Part shown: positions 60,256 through 64,000 of the stretch, piece after piece | Layout: each line of letters opens with the position of its first letter | How positions within the stretch are numbered: position 1 is the stretch's first letter | Notes under the pieces: model-generated | Databases searched by the model: none | What the model was told of the DNA's origin: nothing | Seen by the model: only the letters and a program-made list of their open reading frames with translations | NCBI RefSeq assembly: GCF_009914755.1 | Contig: NC_060947.1 | Reading direction: 5' to 3' (one strand) | DNA from: the human T2T-CHM13v2.0 reference genome, Homo sapiens | Length of the DNA: 64,000 nt | Position numbers and translations under genes: made by a program

Positions 60256-60674
60256 GTAAGGACACACCCTCCCTCAGCAGAAGGAGGCTGGCATCACCTT
60301 TTTCATCCTTTACCTCCAGGAAGCAGGGGCCGGGAGGCAGAAAGCAGAATATACAGTGGGCAGAACTAGGGTGAGGGATGAGTTTGGAAAGGGGAGATTT
60401 TCTATCTGCCACAAAAGATTGTTTCACAAGGAGTAAGGATAAAATATGTGAAAGCAACTTGAAACTGAGGCTGTCTGCAATATTAGGTGTTATTTATAAA
60501 ATCAGGTGTTTGCAATGTCAGTTGCTTACTGTGGGCCAGGTTCTTTGGGAAACAAAGACCTATTACACATTGATTTCAGCCCCAGACAGCCCACAGTCTA
60601 ATAGAGGAAAGACAAACTTAGGATGGTTTCTGCAGGATTCAGAAAGATAACAGGTGCTTACAGAAAACAAACTT

Positions 60675-61105
60675 AACATGTTCTCACTTAATTGTGGGAG
60701 CTAAAAATTAAAACAATTGAACTCATAGAGATAGAGAGTAGAAGAATGGTTACTAGAGGCTGGGAAGGGTAGTGGGGGGCTGGGGAGGAAAGTGGGGATG
60801 GTTAGTGGGTACAGAAATATAGAATGAATAAGACCTAGTATTTGATAGCACAACAGGGTGACTATAGTCAATAACAATTTAATTGTATACCCTAAAATAA
60901 CTAAAAGAGTATAATTGGATTGTTTGTAACACAAATGATAAATGCTTGAGGTGATGGATAACCCATTTGCCATGATGTGATTATTACACACTGTGTGCCT
61001 GAATCAAAATATCCCATATACCCCATAAATATATATATATACATATACATATATATATACATAAACCTACTATGTAGCCACAAAAAAATTTTTTTAATTT
61101 AAAAA
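60675..61105 (+). mobile_element. L1MA 3' end with (TA)n
   Basis: catgttctcactta...gggagctaaaa 3' UTR. Confidence 0.85.
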
Positions 61106-61156
61106 GAAAGATAACAAGCACTTGCAGGAGGACAGAGGGCACCCTGGGATCATACA

Positions 61157-61408
<252 letters not shown>

Positions 61409-62389
61409 CTAACACAGGGTTAAGTTGCAACATTGCCTGTTTGCCCCATAGTTCCTTTCCAGCTGGAAGAGAAGAAATGGTCTAGGGATATGGCTTTTCA
61501 GGTTAGACTTTTCTTCTCCAAGTTTTCTGGGGACCTGAAAAGGGCTCCGACTTGAGAGAGGAGTCATGGCTGTTCACAAAGATCACTGCAAGGAAAAGAA
61601 TAAGAAATGTCTGTTAGAGGGATAAAACGCGAGCGAGCTATTCAGAGGCAGAAAGGTTAGTTTCCCTTTTGAGGGGCGGGGGTGGCGTGGGATGAGGAGG
61701 CTTTTTGGGAGAGATGGGCGTGGAAGGATGTCTAACAAGTGCTGGCGGCGAGGGTCGTTGGCACTTCAATGGTGGGAAGACAGCCATGGGCGAAGCTTTG
61801 TGGAAGAAATAGGTGTGAAGGATGAGAAGGCCTACAACAGTGCTGAGGGCGCGAGGCCAGTCACCTGCGAAGTTTTGTGTACAAGATGGGCCCAGAAGGA
61901 TGAACAGGGTCTAAAACAGTGCTGAGGGTGGGAGTGCAGAAGATCGGTCACAAGTGCCGACACAAGGTGGTCTTAGTCCAGTTGGTGGACGCTCGGTGGC
62001 CTGGGCCTGCCCCCAGTACGCAGACGCACACGGCAGGTTGCAGCGGCAAGCGGGGCGGTGCCCACGGCGGGGAGATGGGTGGGGAGGGCAGGGAAAAGGC
62101 CAGGGGTTGGGTGATGGGGTAATTGTCAGAAAAAGGAACAACACTGCTGGGAGAGTTTTCTGGTAACTTTTCAAGTCTTCATTTAAATTAAAAAAAAAAA
62201 AGCTGTCTTTGAAACAATAGATTAGGTCACTAAAAACTGCCTGTACGCCCTTGCATGCTGGAGGAAAGTAAATGGTTAGACCTACCCTCCCTAAGTTTTT
62301 CCAGGACTTAAAAGAGCTGCAAGTAGTGCAGATCATGGCCCCGTTCACACAAATCACTTCAAGAAAAAAAATTAGTAAATGTCTATTAG

Positions 62390-62735
62390 ATCTTGAAACT
62401 TATTCCTGTCTATCTGGAACTTGGTAACCTCTGACCAACAACTAACTCCCCATTCCTTCCCTCTCGCCTCGTCTTCCCTACTTCCCAACCTCTGGTAAGC
62501 AGCAGGGTAAATACAGTCAATAATAATGTATATTTCAAAATGAATAAGAGTAAATTTGAAATGTCTCACCATAAAAGTCATAGGTAAACAAGGCGATGGA
62601 TAAGTTAATGTGATGTAATCATCCCACATTGGATACATATTTCAAAAAATCACATTGCATCCCACGAATGTATACAATTATGATTTGTCAAGTAAATATA
62701 ATTTTTAAAAACGTTAAGTGACTTTTTAAAAAGCT
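62390..62735. mobile_element. L1M 3' UTR fragments in inverted arrangement
   Basis: Antisense piece (ttattcctgtctatctggaac) then sense piece (aaatgtctcaccat...atacaattatgatttgtca). Confidence 0.65.
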
Positions 62736-62849
62736 TATTAGAAGTATAAAATGCAAGCCATTCACAAGCATATAGGTTAGATTCCGCTTGTGAGGGGCTT
62801 GTGTGCAGTGGTGAGGCTTTGTGGAAGAGATGGACGTGGAAAGATGTCT

Positions 62850-63530
62850 AAAACAGCGCGGAGGTCAGGAGGCCTTGTCGCTGCCTTCACAGAGTTGGGC
62901 AACGCTCCCGGTCCTGGTCAGCCGCGGGACGCAGGCGCAAATGCAGGCTTGGGATGGGGGAGGTGCGGCCGGCGCCCACGTGGCGGGGCGGGGAGCAGAT
63001 AGGGGGGGTAGGGGGAGGAGCTGGTCTCGCGAGGCCGCGCCCCGGTTCGCGCGGGCGTCGTGCACGCGGTTGTAGCTGCCCGGCGGCGGCAGAAGCGGCG
63101 CTCGCGCCAAGGGACGTGTTTCTGCGCTCGCGTGGTCATGGAGGCGCTGCCGCTGCTAGCCGCGACAACTCCGGACCACGGCCGCCACCGAAGGCTGCTT
63201 CTGCTGCCGCTACTGCTGTTCCTGCTGCCGGCTGGAGCTGTGCAGGGCTGGGAGACAGAGGAGAGGCCCCGGACTCGCGAAGAGGAGTGCCACTTCTACG
63301 CGGGTGGACAAGTGTACCCGGGAGAGGCATCCCGGGTATCGGTCGCCGACCACTCCCTGCACCTAAGCAAAGCGAAGAGTAGGTGGTGTCCCGCCAAAGG
63401 GTGGGAGGGGAGACTCCGGAGACACGTGTACCCCGGTTACACCCCCGGAATCTGGGCTTGGGCGGCACCCCCTGGGCTGCCTCCGGGCCCTGGGCGGGCC
63501 TGGTTCTCACCTAGGAGGGCGGGGAGGGGA
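62850..63530. promoter_or_regulatory. CpG island / somatic PRDX4 promoter
   Basis: GC- and CpG-dense. CACGTG at 62977-62982, GGCGGGGCGGGG GC boxes at 62982-62993, TCTCGCGAG at 63025-63033. Confidence 0.85.
63138..63378 (+). CDS. PRDX4: Peroxiredoxin-4, canonical first coding exon (ER signal peptide), 80 codons + 1 nt
   Basis: Translation MEALPLLAATTPDHGRHRRLLLLPLLLFLLPAGAVQGWETEERPRTREEECHFYAGGQVYPGEASRVSVADHSLHLSKAK matches the PRDX4 N-terminus. Donor AAGA|GTAGGT at 63379, phase 1. Confidence 0.97.
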
Positions 63531-64000
63531 ATAAAGGGGAGTTCTAGCTGTGAAGAAAGGTATGGTTTCCACTGATCAGATTTTAGAAGAGGTAGTGGTT
63601 ACCCCAAAAGCCGCAGCTGAGGGAAAGTGGGTGGCCTTAGTCCCGAGTTTGCATCGAGGATGTTGGGCAAACTGAAACAGTTCCTGAAACATCTCAAAGT
63701 GCCTTCAGCACATCCTGTCTTTTTCAGGTACTATTTCAGCGAAGGAAGACATTGATAGGTTGAATAATGATTCACAAAAAGTTTGATTAAACAGAAAAGT
63801 TGCTAAACACAGTGCTCGGGAGGTCAAACATTTCATTTTTCTTTCTTCCTTTTTGTTTGCATCTTACAAAGATTATTACTGAAAGCCACCTTCCCCAAAG
63901 CCTGTGTAGTTAATGGATATTCCTTATGTTTCTCAGACATGAAGAACCTATTACAGAGTGTACTTTTGAGGGAAATGGGGGAAAAGGTTAGAAGTATGCA

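Noticed and set aside
60033-60374. 113-aa ORF as a stand-alone gene
   Set aside because: Better explained as the PRDX4 alternative exon (ATG 60057, donor 60256) with intron read-through.
63060-63575. 171-aa ORF as a complete protein
   Set aside because: It starts at a non-ATG codon upstream of the real ATG (63138) and reads through the donor at 63379 into the intron.

Overview
Primate (human-like) genomic DNA ending in the 5' end of PRDX4 (peroxiredoxin 4, Xp22). The signal-peptide first coding exon lies at 63138-63378 in a CpG island. The alternative testis-type first exon (MDHRSRL...) lies at 60057-60255. The upstream ~60 kb holds no intact gene. It is rich in Alu, L1, MaLR (THE1/MST/MLT1) and ERV LTRs, including a full-length L1PA and an HML-2 LTR5 solo LTR. 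The sequence between these insertions is not unique: it is an old, decayed tandem-duplication array. Its units carry three copies of a class III (ERVL-like) pro-pol, about 15 copies of a ~170-bp motif, shared MLT1/L1/MIR insertions, and a degenerate paralog of the PRDX4 testis-type promoter and first exon at ~28.9-29.7 kb. The somatic PRDX4 promoter region is also locally duplicated. All homology was judged by eye, and repeat subfamily names and most repeat boundaries are approximate.
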